DNA of 63,811 bases, filler included, from Polymyxa betae A26-41 (Eukaryota; Protista; Endomyxa: Phytomyxea), in NCBI GenBank assembly GCA_003693705.1. It is 6 parts of 6 records of this genome, joined end to end, with 100 filler letters (N's around TTAATTAATTAA, not from the genome) between each part and the next. Parts side by side here need not be neighbours in the genome. Positions count along the whole stretch, not along the records: positions 38,156 to 53,406 come from RBZT01000201.1; positions 53,507 to 61,253 come from RBZT01000397.1; positions 61,354 to 63,811 come from RBZT01000003.1; 3 more parts are not named here. One strand, 5' to 3'. Below, piece after piece: positions 51,398 through 63,525 of the stretch. The notes under the pieces are model-generated. The model was not told the origin of the DNA and searched no databases. It worked only from the letters and a program-made list of their open reading frames with translations. A program made the translations under genes and the position numbers. Positions within the stretch are counted from its first letter, which is position 1, and every line of letters starts with the position of its first letter.

Positions 51398-53406
51398 ATG
51401 TTTGGCCGAGCGATTGCCTTCCTGATACTGAGCCTATCTGAGTGCTTGGCTGCATTCAGAGTTGAGCCTAGTAATGTTACAGATACTCTGGTACAGACTC
51501 CTGATAGAGTCTATCCTTTCGATCTCAATATCAGTGTCTATCCTCCCGATCTTAATGTGAGTCTCGATTATCCCGATCTGACAGATACAAGAGTAAGATT
51601 GCTGTATCAGGAAGAAGTCAAATCTATTCTACCTGATATTGGAACTTTATCAAAATCTTTATCACATCATTCAGATAATGTCTCGGATTTACCTCATATT
51701 CAGGAAACTATCAATGTAATCACTCATTATCAAGTCTCATGTCTTAGAAATCTCTGAGATATTCATAATCAGGATGATGAACCTGCTGAAACGATCTCCC
51801 GTAAACGTCCTCGTATTGATGAGATTATCATCGCCAACCGACCTTCTGTATTCCTTCAACCATGATGTGACAGATATCAACGATTATAACAGTCTCTGCA
51901 AGTTTCTGGTGAATTTTGATGAGCTTTTGTTTCTGTATATTGACTGTAGATTAGATCAAAGAGCCCAATGATGACGAATTTCTTTCTCTGTCTTCAAAGT
52001 CCGATGATGATGCAGTTCAATGCTCCAAGAAAAACTCTCATTTCGTTAAAAATGTGAATGGACATGATCTGGATGTGAGCGAAATCAAACGAATGCGTTA
52101 TGTTCATAGCACATTACAGAAGCTGATTCTGATTGCGAATCTGTATCGGAAATTGATCTGGGCCTCCCGGAAACATGAATGGATTTGGAGCAAGATTGAT
52201 GTGCAAATACGAACCCATATGTATGAGATTTGTTGTCCTGTTCTGCGATGTGTTATGGAATGCTGTCAGAAAGATCTCCGGAGCTTTCAAACACTCTGGG
52301 GGAATCCCTTCAGTCATTGGAATTTCCATAGAAAATGTTCCGGAGATGAATGCCGATCCAAACTTTCAGCTGCAGATCAGCTGATGAATCTGTTCCGAGA
52401 TAGTTCTTCTATCTCTATTGACCCTCCTGATCCACAGAGCGACGAAATTCCGTCTCTAAAACGCATGAAAGTTTGTTCACCACCAAAGGATTTTGTTCTG
52501 CCAATGTTTATCGGTATTCCTGAATTTCTGAAATCGTTCGATTTTGGTGTGGAGAAGATCACAGACTACAATACTCTGTGTGCTTTTCTGGTGAGATTTG
52601 TTCACATTGAATGGGGAATCTCATCTGAATCTGTCATTCAGAAAAAGCAGCCTGATGATGACGAGAACGCGTTTCTTTTTGATACGAACTTATCAAAGTT
52701 CTCGATGACCAGGTCATATTGACCGAAACCTCGGAAATCTTAACTTCGGAGACCACGTTACAGAAGTTGATATTGGTGGCCAGTTTTTGTCTAAAATTTG
52801 TTCGAGCCAAGATTACCGACCCGAAATTGAACATGAGACGTGACGGCTGTATGAACTGGCTAAAGCGAACATGTTACCCACTACTTTCATGTGTTACAAT
52901 ATGCTGTCGGAATGATCTTCGGATTTTTCAATCTCGATGGGGAAATCCCTTTCATCATAGCTCTTTTGAGACGGTTTGCTCCAGGCGCAATGGCAAGAGT
53001 ACAAAGTGCGGATTTGAGACTCTCATTGTCAGTAGCGATAAGAATTACTCGATCAAATCGCAACTAGTTTTTGATAGAGAAGATCTTGATCATTGTCTAT
53101 TGAGATATTCTATGAAAGGATTTGAGACGGTATTACTGTGTTCAAGTTTATTTGTATTTTCTGAATATATCACAGAAGCGGGTGTTGGAGTGTATTCAGC
53201 TACTGAATGATAAACTGAAGAAGCAGAACATGAATCCATCACCTGATCTGAGTGAATATCTCCGAGACTCTCTAAATCCAATATTATACTGTCTTGAACA
53301 AATTGTAATAATGATGTCAATTATTTCTCTCATATATTTGGACATTATAAAGATCATTATCAATTTCAACACAATTACTGTCCTGGACATACTGGACAAT
53401 GTCCTG
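51398..53406 (+). CDS. Secreted Cys-rich tandem-repeat protein, copy A (candidate effector; 3 single-base frameshifts)
   Basis: Signal peptide MFGRAIAFLILSLSECLA; introns 51716-51772, 51909-51954, 52591-52641 and 53130-53175; RKRPR; two full repeats and one divergent repeat ending CC..DLR.FQ..WGNPF.H. Confidence 0.75.
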
Positions 53407-53506
53407 NNNNNNNNNNNNNNNNNNNNNNNNNNNNNNNNNNNNNNNNNNNNTTAATTAATTAANNNNNNNNNNNNNNNNNNNNNNNNNNNNNNNNNNNNNN
53501 NNNNNN

Positions 53507-53839
53507 TACATCAACAAGATCGTCGCCGCCCTGATTCAAGCCGGGGGCCAGCACGCCCCGTTACTGCGTCTGCTGCTGGAGGCGCCGCTGCCGGACGGCT
53601 GGGTGGCCGAGGTCGGGTCGCTGGCCGGCGGCCCGATTCTGCACCGCGCCGTCCACGCCCGCAATGTGGACGCCGTCCGCGTCCTGTTGGCGTTCCCGGA
53701 CCTGATCGATGTCCGGGCCGTCGACGAGGACGACTGGGACGCGCGGTCGCATGCTCCGACCGGGTCCGAGATCGATCGGCTCTTGATCGACGCTCTGAAT
53801 GGCCCCGTAGTAAATACACCTTTTGTTTCCGTGGATTAG
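53507..53839 (+). CDS. Ankyrin-repeat-like protein, 3' end (GC-rich)
   Basis: GGPILHRAVHARNVDAVRVLLAFPDLIDVRAVDEDDW matches the G.TPLH.A...G..EVV.LLL...DVNA.D pattern. Confidence 0.7.
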   Translation, partial: YINKIVAALIQAGGQHAPLLRLLLEAPLPDGWVAEVGSLAGGPILHRAVHARNVDAVRVLLAFPDLIDVRAVDEDDWDARSHAPTGSEIDRLLIDALNGPVVNTPFVSVD

Positions 53840-54215
53840 AAAGAGGCCGAGTTCGGCTCGCAGTTATGTTAGGCTTTGGGGAATTTTTGCGAAATGATTT
53901 TTCGGGATTTCGAATAAAATGCAGCTTTATTTTCCGATTGGATAAGAGGCCGAGTTGGGCTCGCCGTTATGCTACGCATGAATTCTTGCGATTTTTTTTA
54001 CGGATTTTGAAAAAAAAACTCAGCTTTAGGAGTGGATAAGAGGCCGAGATGAGCTCGCAGTTATGTTACGCTTTGGTTGAATTTTTGCGAAATTTTTGGG
54101 GATTTTGAAAGTACATTATCAGTGGATTAGATTAGAGGCGGAGTTGAGTCGCAGTTATGCTGCGCCATTGTGAATTGTAACGAAATATTTTTGGGATTTT
54201 TTGAAAAAAAGTGGA
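53832..54215. repeat. Four degenerate ~95-100 bp tandem units
   Basis: Recurring GGAT(T)A..AGAGGCCGAGTT.GGCTCGCAGTTATG.TACGC..GAATTTTTGCGA..GGATTTTGAAA. Confidence 0.85.
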
Positions 54216-55857
54216 ATATCGATCGTTCTTCTACTTGGACTCCGCAATCGGAGCTTCCGAACAGGACTATGCAGGATTGCGAGCATAACTCGGACTTGGA
54301 CCATTCCCAGTACGGCCTGATAGGATTTACCTCCGATTCTGCTGCCCATTCACTCACCTCTGTGGTCAATAATACAGATTCTATCAGCTATTATCTAGTA
54401 GCTGCCACATTCGCAGTTTCGACAGACCGGCCGTATCTGATAATCGCTCTAATTCAGACCATTGTTTAGAATCTCAAAGAATATCCTTCATAGGTATCCT
54501 CAATCTCTCTGTTGACCATTTGTCGAATCGAATGCAATCCGAGCTTGAAGCTCAGCTTCTGCTTATCTCGACGTCCTCCATTAACGCCAGATTCAACCAG
54601 GATAGCAAAGGCGCAGATGAAATTGGATTTTCGCTGATAAATCGTCTGTAGTGGAGAATGCGCGGCGGACCTCGGATTGGATCATTCTTCAAAATGCAGC
54701 TCGACTCGAGAATGGATTGGATTGGAGTGGATTATTCTAGTTCGTTGAATTTGGTCAACAGGCGGCGCGAAACTGCTCGAGAACGTTCTTCGATTCATCT
54801 TTCCAATCGTCGCAGCCCTCGCACGGCTGAGCTGCAACGCTCACTATCAGAATCGAATCACCCTCTATCAAAATTTATGGCACTCTATCACTAGAACACG
54901 TCAAAACCCTCAAATATCGAACTGACAGGAAAGGCGCATAAAGAACAAGAGATGCTGTTTCAAGAAATGAATATATTGCCGCCTTTGCTGTCACTAATCA
55001 GCGAAATTCTCAGACCGATCGGTCAAGATACGCGGCCTTCGGATCATGCCCAGGTCAAGAGTCCCTGCAAGGCGTCAGCCGAGCTCAGGAAATGCCTTTA
55101 AGACCGCCCAGCGAACGGCTGATTTACCTTATCATGTTTGTGAATGCAGCCTAATTGCACACCTACAGAATGAGGAAAAGATCAGCGAGCTTTAGAACCA
55201 AAAACAGCAAGCACACAGGCCAACAAAACCGGAAAACTTGGAGTTGACATCGTCATACTATGAGAATAGTTCTAATAGCTTCGTGAAAACTTTAAAAANN
55301 NNNNNNNNNNNNNNNNNNNNNNNNNNNNNNNNNNNNNNNNNNNNNNNNNNNNNNNNNNNNNNNNNNNNNNNNNNNNNNNNNNNNNNNNNNNNNNNNNNNN
55401 NNNNNNNNNNNNNNNNNNNNNNNNNNNNNNNNNNNNNNNNNNNNNNNNNNNNNNNNNNNNNNNTTTTTCGATTTTTTGGGTCACAGCGATGGTTAGATGG
55501 GCGACATCTCTGAAATGCGAGTAGCCAATTGGCAGCCTGCCCGCTTGTAAAGCAATTCTCAGGCAGAACGAAGATGCTAAAGAACTTCACGAGAGCTCCA
55601 GCTATCTCTGAATATTGGAAACAGAGCGCTCTGCAACACACTCCATAAAGAGGCTGCGATAGGGTTTCGCTGCTTCAGTTCATTGACGTTTGCCGCTCTC
55701 ATACACTTTCTAGGCACTATTTCCAGATTTGAATTGCATTCTCAGCGCATCTTCTGGTCCAATAAAAGCCCTGAAATCTTCGGTTGAGTGATTCAAAGAA
55801 GTTGCGGAATACGCTTTCTAGAGAGTGAAAAGGTCTGAAATGGATATCTCGATCTAG

Positions 55858-58465
55858 TCATAAACTTTTGTTAGCATTTATTGCAGATAGAGCAGGACAT
55901 TGTCCAGTATGTCCAGGACAGTAATTCTGTTTAAATTGATAATGATCTATATAATGTCCAAATATATGAGAGAAATAATTGACATCATTATTACAATGAT
56001 GTTCAAGACAGTCCAATATCGGCTTTACAGAATCTTCGAGATATTCCTCCAGATCAGATGAATAAACCAAATTCCGCTCCTTCAGGTAATTATTCATTCG
56101 CTGAATACACTCCAGCAAGCGCTTCTGTGATATGTTCAGAAAATACCACGAAAACCTGAACACAGTAATACCGTCTCAATTTTTTTCATAGAATATCTCA
56201 ATAGAAAATCCGCGCGGCCTTCGCTATCACGAACAAATTGTGATTCGAGCGAGTATCTTCCCTCTTCACGAATAACGAGCGTCTCAAATCCGCACAGGTT
56301 CCTCTTGCCTTGGTACCTCGAACATTGCAGATCGAATTTCCGATGAGAAAACGGATTTCCCCATCGCGATTGCCAAGTCCGAAGATCATTCTGACAGCAT
56401 AATCGAATACAGACAAGTACTGGGAAACAGGTTCGCCGCAGCCAGGTATGACAGCGTTCACGTTTCATGTTCAATTTTGGGTCGGAAATCTTAGCCCGAA
56501 CTATTTTCTGACATAAACTGGCCACCAATATCAACTTGTCTAAAGTGGTCTTTGAAGAACCAATTTCAGAGGTTTCCGTCAATATGAGCGGATTATCGAG
56601 ATATTTGATAATCATGGGGTCTTTTGCAACGTGGTTTTGGCCCATTGATGGGAATATTAAGTCTGAAACAGTAAGAAACGCGAACTCGGCAACATCAGGC
56701 TGCTTTCTCTGAATGAAAATTTCAAGAAAAGTTCCGATTTCAATGAAAAATCTCACCAGAAAAGCACACAGAGTTGTGTAGTCTGTGATCTTCTCGACAC
56801 CAAGATGAAACAAATTCTGAAATTCAGAGCTGGAGGCTTGCAGAACATGGTCCTTTGGTAGTGAACAAAATTCGATCCGATTCCTCTGTAGATCAGGGCG
56901 GTCAACGGACGAATCTGGGACCTCAGATAACAGTTTCGATCGGCATCTATCTCTGGCGCATTCTTCATAGGGTTTCCAGTGATTGAAGGGATTCCCCCAA
57001 AGCCATTGAAACCTGCGGAGATCGTTCTGACAGCATTTCATGACACATCGGAGTACAGGACGACACACTTTATACAGCCAGTTCCTGATTTTCTTATCCG
57101 CCTTCCTCCAAGACCAGCCGTATTGCAGCGAGGCCCAGGACAATTTCCGATACAGATTCGCAATCAGAATCAGCTTTTGTAAAGTTGCTCGGAGCATAAC
57201 GGATTCGCTTGATTTCGCTCACGTCTAGTTCATGGCCTTTCACATTGAGAGATAGTTGAAAGTGGATAATAAAGCGTTGATCGGCTTCAAAATCGGACTT
57301 TGAAGACAGATAATGAAATTCGTAATCATTCGGCTGTTTGATCTAAGCAAGAGTTAATAAACAGCAGCAAAAACTTCTCTTTAGAGTTCACCAGAAACTT
57401 GCAGAGACTGTTATAGTCGTTGATATCGTCCACACCATGATTAAGATAATTCAGAAGGTCGGTTGGGGATGATGTCTCGTTTTCACGAGGACGTTTCCGG
57501 GAGGCCTTTTCGACTGGTTCATCATTCTGAATCGAAAAATCTCAGAAATTTCTAAGACATGAGACTTGATGAAGAAGCAGTACATTGATAGTATCCTGAA
57601 TAAGAGGAAAAGCTGGGACAGTTTCTGTATGGTGCAATGAGGACGTTGATGTTTGTAGCGTTCCAATATGAGGGAGAGCGTCCGATACTTCAAGAAAGTT
57701 ATCGTCAGTGAATATCTGATTAAAAAATCAATTTCAGAACACCGTAGTTGAGAATTCATTACCAGATCAAAATCAAATGAGGGATCAAAGAGGTCGTCGG
57801 ATGAATCATTGAGAATCGGTTCCTAGAAGGCATGTTAAAGAGATGTGACTTTCTATGACAGAAAAACCCTACTCTGGGGTCTGTAACGTGGAGATCGCGA
57901 GGAAAGACATCAACATGAGTGTGATCCAGAGTGTGTGTAACATTATTAGCCCGTCATCCTGAGTATGAAAATCTCAGAAATTTCTAAACATGAGACTTGA
58001 TGAAAAAGCCGTGCGTTGGTAGCTTCCTGAATAAGAGGAAAAGCCGGAACAGTTTCTAAAGATGTTGATGTTTGTAGCGTTCCAATATGAGGTAGAGAGT
58101 CCGATATTTCATGAGAGCTATCGTCAGTGAATATCTGATCGAAAAAATCAATTTCAGAAACACGACGGTATAGTACTCACTACGAGATCAAAATCAAATG
58201 AAGGATCAAAGAGGTCGTTGAAAGAGGGAAGATCCGAATAATCTTCGATTGAAATTGAATCATTGAAAATCGGTTCCTATAATGCATGTTAAAGAGATGC
58301 GACTTCTCTCTGACAGAATAATCCTACTCTGGGGTCTGTAACGTGGAGGTCGAGTGGCGAGAATGTAACATGAGCCTCATCCAGGAAGTCTGTAACATTA
58401 GCGCTGAATGCAGCCAAGCACTGTGATAGACTCAGTATCAGGAAGACCATCGCATGGCCAAGCAT
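55858..58465 (-). CDS. Secreted Cys-rich tandem-repeat protein, copy B (paralog of 51398)
   Basis: Signal peptide MLGHAMVFLILSLSQCLA at 58465; RKRPR (57499-57485); same repeat units and intron positions as copy A; C-terminus HYQFKQNYCPGHTGQCP. Confidence 0.75.
57530..58400. repeat. ~431-bp tandem duplication in the 5' part of copy B
   Basis: AAATCTCAGAAATTTCTAA(G)ACATGAGACTTGATGAA occurs at ~57537 and ~57969, with downstream similarity throughout the unit. Confidence 0.88.
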
Positions 58466-59229
58466 CTCCAGGCCAATGAAGGCTGATGGTCAGAGAGGCG
58501 CTATTTTTAAGGCGACTATCATGATGACCTTCACGTCCATTACACTGAACACCTCATCCCGCAGTTTTATTTGACCAATTGGCGCGGGCACTTTTGATTG
58601 GTACAAAAATTGTATCTTTTTTCTCACAACAATGACCTACAAATTGCTTAAATTTTCTCCAAATGATCAAATTATTGACCTTCTTAAAACCCTAAACGCT
58701 GCCTCCTACAAATTGACATACTGTCACCTATTGTGATCTTGAAATTGAACTCAAAACCCTAAACCCTACCCCTTCTTCGAAAACACTTTGACAGGCAGAG
58801 GTTTGCGATTCAATATTTGATGCTATCAATATGTAACTTGAGCTGTTGAAAATCTGTGATTCTAAGTTTATAGAATCCCGAATTGATAGCTCTGGAATGA
58901 GTCTATCTGATCGAATTTGGGAGTCTGTCATGAAATATCAAACTATGTTAGGAAGGACACAATCACGGATAGCGAGCTGTTCGAATATCGAATATTTCGC
59001 TTTTTGTCCTCTTTCAATGACTTTAGAATTGTGGTTTGTGCTCCCGCAAACAAGAGTCCCAATTATACAGACCGTAAATGGCCACAATCGGATCCGCAGA
59101 TTGAATAGCAGAAGTTGCGCTTGCGGCTCGTAAGCCTACCGATAACGACGTGGTTGCATTAAGCGTGTTTACGTTACTCGAAGGGTTTGACCTCTCTTTG
59201 TGCTCTGTTTGGGAGTGAGCGATCCCGCG

Positions 59230-59610
59230 CTGATGATGATGCAGATTCTGCTACGGACTGTAATGATCGCCGTTCTATTTCTGAAAATGTGGTTGTAAAC
59301 GGACCTATTTCTTGATCTAGGCGACCACAAAGGTGCGTAACTTTGAGCTAATATGTTTGGCTGTGTGGCGTCGTTCGCGAAATTGTTTGGTTTAGATGTG
59401 ATCTGAGAGAGCTGAGTCTACATCAATATGGACCATATCAAGACAACCGCGATACCAAGGCGTTATCTAGAAGTGTTCAGCAACCGCGACGCTCTAATCA
59501 TATTGACATCAAGTTGCATTTCGTTCGTGAGATGATCGAACACAAGGACGTTCGACTATTGCATTGTCCAGAGGGCAAAACGGTTGCGGATCTAATCTCA
59601 AAAGCTCTCG
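59230..59610 (+). mobile_element. Degenerate Copia RNase H remnant
   Basis: DRRSIS, QDN..ALS and RSNHIDIKLHFVREMIE..VADL.SKAL. Confidence 0.75.
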
Positions 59611-61353
59611 TGTACCAGCGATAACCTGCGGCCTTAATCAAATTTCCCCATACAAAATGTTTCGGACTTTATTCTCGTGCTGGATGACCCAGTTGCCAAA
59701 CAATAACCCGATCTATCGGTTGGTTTTGCCGAAAGGAATATTTCTATAACCCGTGGTATAACGCGAACTTTTCAAAAGGATTTTTCTGTACTATGTACAG
59801 CGGAATTAGACGCAATATTTGTAAGGGCATGAAATAATTTTGGCATCTGAAAGGGAATAACGAAAGCGCACATATTCTGAGCGGGCGCAACATTTTTTTG
59901 TAGTAAAATGTAAACATGAGCAGCCGCGCAGTTATTTTCAACTGAGGTGATAAACCTCGAGATGTCGGAGAAAATGCTGGCGTTACATGGATGCATACCG
60001 CAAGACAAACGGTTAATGTTTCACGCCTAAACAGGTAGAGTTCGCATTTCATAAGAACAAACGACACCGTCCTATGCCCCAATCTATCCTCAAACAATTA
60101 CTGCCCAACAATCGACTTCTGATCGAGGCCTGCTGGATCCTGGCACATTTCAATAACAGCTGTGAACTGGGATCTTCGACGGGAACAGCGCCGATACGAT
60201 TTGCTGCTTCGAACAACAAAACCATTTTGCGCCATTCGACAACCTTCTGGTTTAACACAGCAACCAAACCTCTGCGGATATACTAAGTAGGCCTCAGATA
60301 GATGCCGTTTCTGATCTATAAAAATTGATGGATTGAAAGGAGCAATGACAACAGGCCGCCGTCCGAAATCAATGAACTTTATTACCAAATTGACGAATCG
60401 AATTAATTCACTTTTGAAATTGTGATCGACTCGATCGCGACAATATCTGTCTCTCTCTCTCTCTTGAACCTGTTGCGAAATCATGCTTTCCGACGACAAG
60501 CCCTGCAAGAAAAGCAAAGATGGTCAACATCAATGGGAGGATTTTTTCCCCAACCCTGGTCACATTCAGTGCAAATTGTGTGGCTTGATAGTCGCAACCT
60601 GAACAGCGCTCTTGCTTCAACTACAATGAGCGTCTCGTAATCGTTCAACAATCGGGCGTGCTCTCAGCGTGGTCATAAACTGCTGTTTGTTTCACCACCA
60701 TCAGATCCAGTATAGCATTGCGTGTTGAGAGACTGAAACGTGACGAAATCGGTCTCGAAAATCCCAGACCGACGATCCGGCAGGGATCGTACTAGACCCC
60801 AGGCCGTGGGCGTTCTCGACGATTCTGTTTGAAGCCTTCGAATACAGAGTATAGAGTGATGATAGATGGGGAATATCTTTGGTCGAAGAATCGCTGCTTT
60901 CGATAAAGTCTTCGTTGCTGTTAGTTCAGCGATGTCCTCTCTAAGTCGATTAGATTCGATTTTACCTCAATTCACCAATTTTGTTAACCATGAAAGGCAT
61001 GGAAAAGAGGAAAGATCTCACAAGATTATAGTGGCCCGAGCCCTTTGCCATCCATCGCTTCAATAGTGATATTCGTCACGCAGATCCAGCTGTTTGTCAT
61101 CTAAAAGCATCAAATCGTAAACCTCTCTAAAGGTTGCGCATCGCGATTTGTAACATTGGATGAACAGAGCTAGGGTTAGGGTTTGCAAAGCAGAAGGTTT
61201 TCGCACAATATCAATCATCGACCCGACCTCTCTAAAGGTTGCGCATCGCGATTNNNNNNNNNNNNNNNNNNNNNNNNNNNNNNNNNNNNNNNNNNNNTTA
61301 ATTAATTAANNNNNNNNNNNNNNNNNNNNNNNNNNNNNNNNNNNNNNNNNNNN

Positions 61354-61926
61354 ATGCATGTTCTGGCCGATGGAAAGTATGGAATTTGCCCGAATCGCCT
61401 TCTGTGGTCCAAGAATTTTCCAAACTCTACGTCGCCGGAAGATCGCAATTTCTGTTTCTCCGGTGATTTTATTGTTATGTTTTGTAATGAGGAGAAGTCT
61501 TGTACTCATCATTCTGTTATGCTGATAGATTCCCACAATGGCGATCTCCTGAAATCTTGGACAGTTGATATACAGCATCCCCATTTGTTCACATTGAACT
61601 TCACCACGAGCCAGCATGTCATTGTCATTTCTCGCACTGATGAAAACCATCTCCTTCGGATTCACTGTTTCGACCCGCTGTCTGATGTTGGCGCCTGCCA
61701 GGCAAGTTCGAACATCCACGGCTCTCTATCGGGACCACGTATCTTGTCCCCAGGAAATATCTCCATGGACAAATGCCACGATCGTTCTCAACCCCCGTAC
61801 TGCCTTGTTTTAGACCAGGAAAGAAATAAAGATGCGGATTTCGTCGGACTCATCATGGATATTTCAAGCATATATCTTATATCGGAAACACGCAGGAGGA
61901 CCAATCTTCTGTCACAATATCATTGA
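61354..61926 (+). CDS. Partial hypothetical protein (beta-rich), begins at a spacer
   Basis: 190-aa open frame only; no recognised motif. Confidence 0.3.
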   Translation: MHVLADGKYGICPNRLLWSKNFPNSTSPEDRNFCFSGDFIVMFCNEEKSCTHHSVMLIDSHNGDLLKSWTVDIQHPHLFTLNFTTSQHVIVISRTDENHLLRIHCFDPLSDVGACQASSNIHGSLSGPRILSPGNISMDKCHDRSQPPYCLVLDQERNKDADFVGLIMDISSIYLISETRRRTNLLSQYH

Positions 61927-62524
61927 CCCTATGTCTGGTCGTCGTTAATGGTAGAGTTATCTGCCGACATGCCCTGTCCACTATCTGCCGAATCTGTCTC
62001 GGATACTGTGTTAATCGTGATGTTGATATCAAGTGATGATTTGCTAAATGAAATGATTTATTGGGTTGACACTTCTTTACATAGTTGTTAGCAGACGCCT
62101 TGTTGCCGCGTCTGTGTTAACTGAATCGAATGATAAAGTACCAGTGTGACAGAACTGCCAAATGATGACAGCAACGGTGTCCTTTGCGTCATTACAAGGG
62201 CGCGGCCTCAAGTCGTCATTCATCCAGCGACGCGGCCTCAGGGCTGCACTCTTACAAACGAGACTCTCAGTTGCGCGCAATTTTCTGTACGCAGAAAGCA
62301 TTATCTGCGCTCGACTATTAGGAGGATTGTATGGGAATTCTAATAATAGATGAATTTCTCCCTGTTATTGATTGGACGTGGACACATCCCTAGATCATTG
62401 GTGATGAACAGCAAGGCGCGATCCCTGTGATTCTTATTCAACAGTTTATGAATACATATTATTTTATCGTTCTCTTTAAAAGATCACACAGAGAGCTCTG
62501 TAGCGACTTTTATCTTGAACCAGC

Positions 62525-63525
62525 ATGTCGAAACTACCTGTCGATCCCATGCAGACCGAAGACCTTTCGAAGAAAGAATCTACTGCAGAGAATTGTGCAG
62601 GGTCGAAGGTTCCAACACCTGCAGTTTCTTCGTCTGAAGCAACTAGTTTGCGTCGTCGTCGAATGTATCGTCGACTGTTCCTTCATCGATTCTGGTTCGT
62701 CCAGGAGAACCGCCTCGATTGAAAACTCTGGATATTCCAGTTGTTGTGATTTTTCGGCAGAAGCTAAAACAGTATTATGATGTTCTTGAAAACGCTCGCC
62801 GACAAGGAGCTGGATCTACGGCTTTTCCTCAGAGCGTTATCACATTGATTGACGCGAATCTTCTATCTGTTATTCTGAAACATCTTATGAAGATCGAAAT
62901 GAAGGACTTGACAGATACGAAGTTTATTGATTTTTTGGAGCAATATCTCGACTCGGATACGTCTACTCATCGTGAAATTCCATCGATAGTAGCGTCATCT
63001 CTGAAGTTGAATTTGAAGCTTAAACCGAAAGCGAGAATAATTGTAGTTCAACAGTTGGAAACTTTGATTGAGATTCAAAACTGGCAGCGGTTTTTCTATG
63101 GGACTCAGGAAGGAATCAAAAATTATGTTGATTTCTTGGTTGATGTTTTGAAGGCTAGAGCCTTTAAAGAGGAAATGGTTTCTTATATTCGTTTTAATAA
63201 TCCTGCTGCGAGAAATGATCATACAATTCTGGTTGATCATATGCTTAAAGTGGTTGAAAATTTTGAGCATTATTTACGAGATTATGATCGTAATGGTACT
63301 AAGCCGACTGATGGCCCTCGTGGTTTTAAGCGTGCTGCTTTTAATTCTAATTTGAATTGTAGTGAGGCAAAGAAGCCTCGGACAACCATTACTTGCCTGA
63401 AATGCCACACTGCTGGTCATCATATGAAGGTTTGTCCGCAGCATCCGAGTGCTGCTGAGCAGAAGAAATTAATTGAGCAGTATAAGCTTCAAAAACAGTC
63501 TAGTGTATCAGATTTATTAACATAA
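62525..63525 (+). mobile_element. LTR retrotransposon gag (probably Gypsy) with CCHC knuckle
   Basis: 268-aa ORF ending CLKCHTAGHHMKVC; architecture resembles the gag at 1216-2176. Confidence 0.65.

Noticed and set aside
53832-54215. CRISPR-like array
   Set aside because: Whole units are homologous (no unique spacers), repeats are degenerate, there are no cas genes and the context is eukaryotic.
51398-58465. Convergent (inverted) arrangement of the two secreted paralogs as a real structure
   Set aside because: A spacer at 53407-53506 and an N gap separate them, so orientation and distance are unverified.
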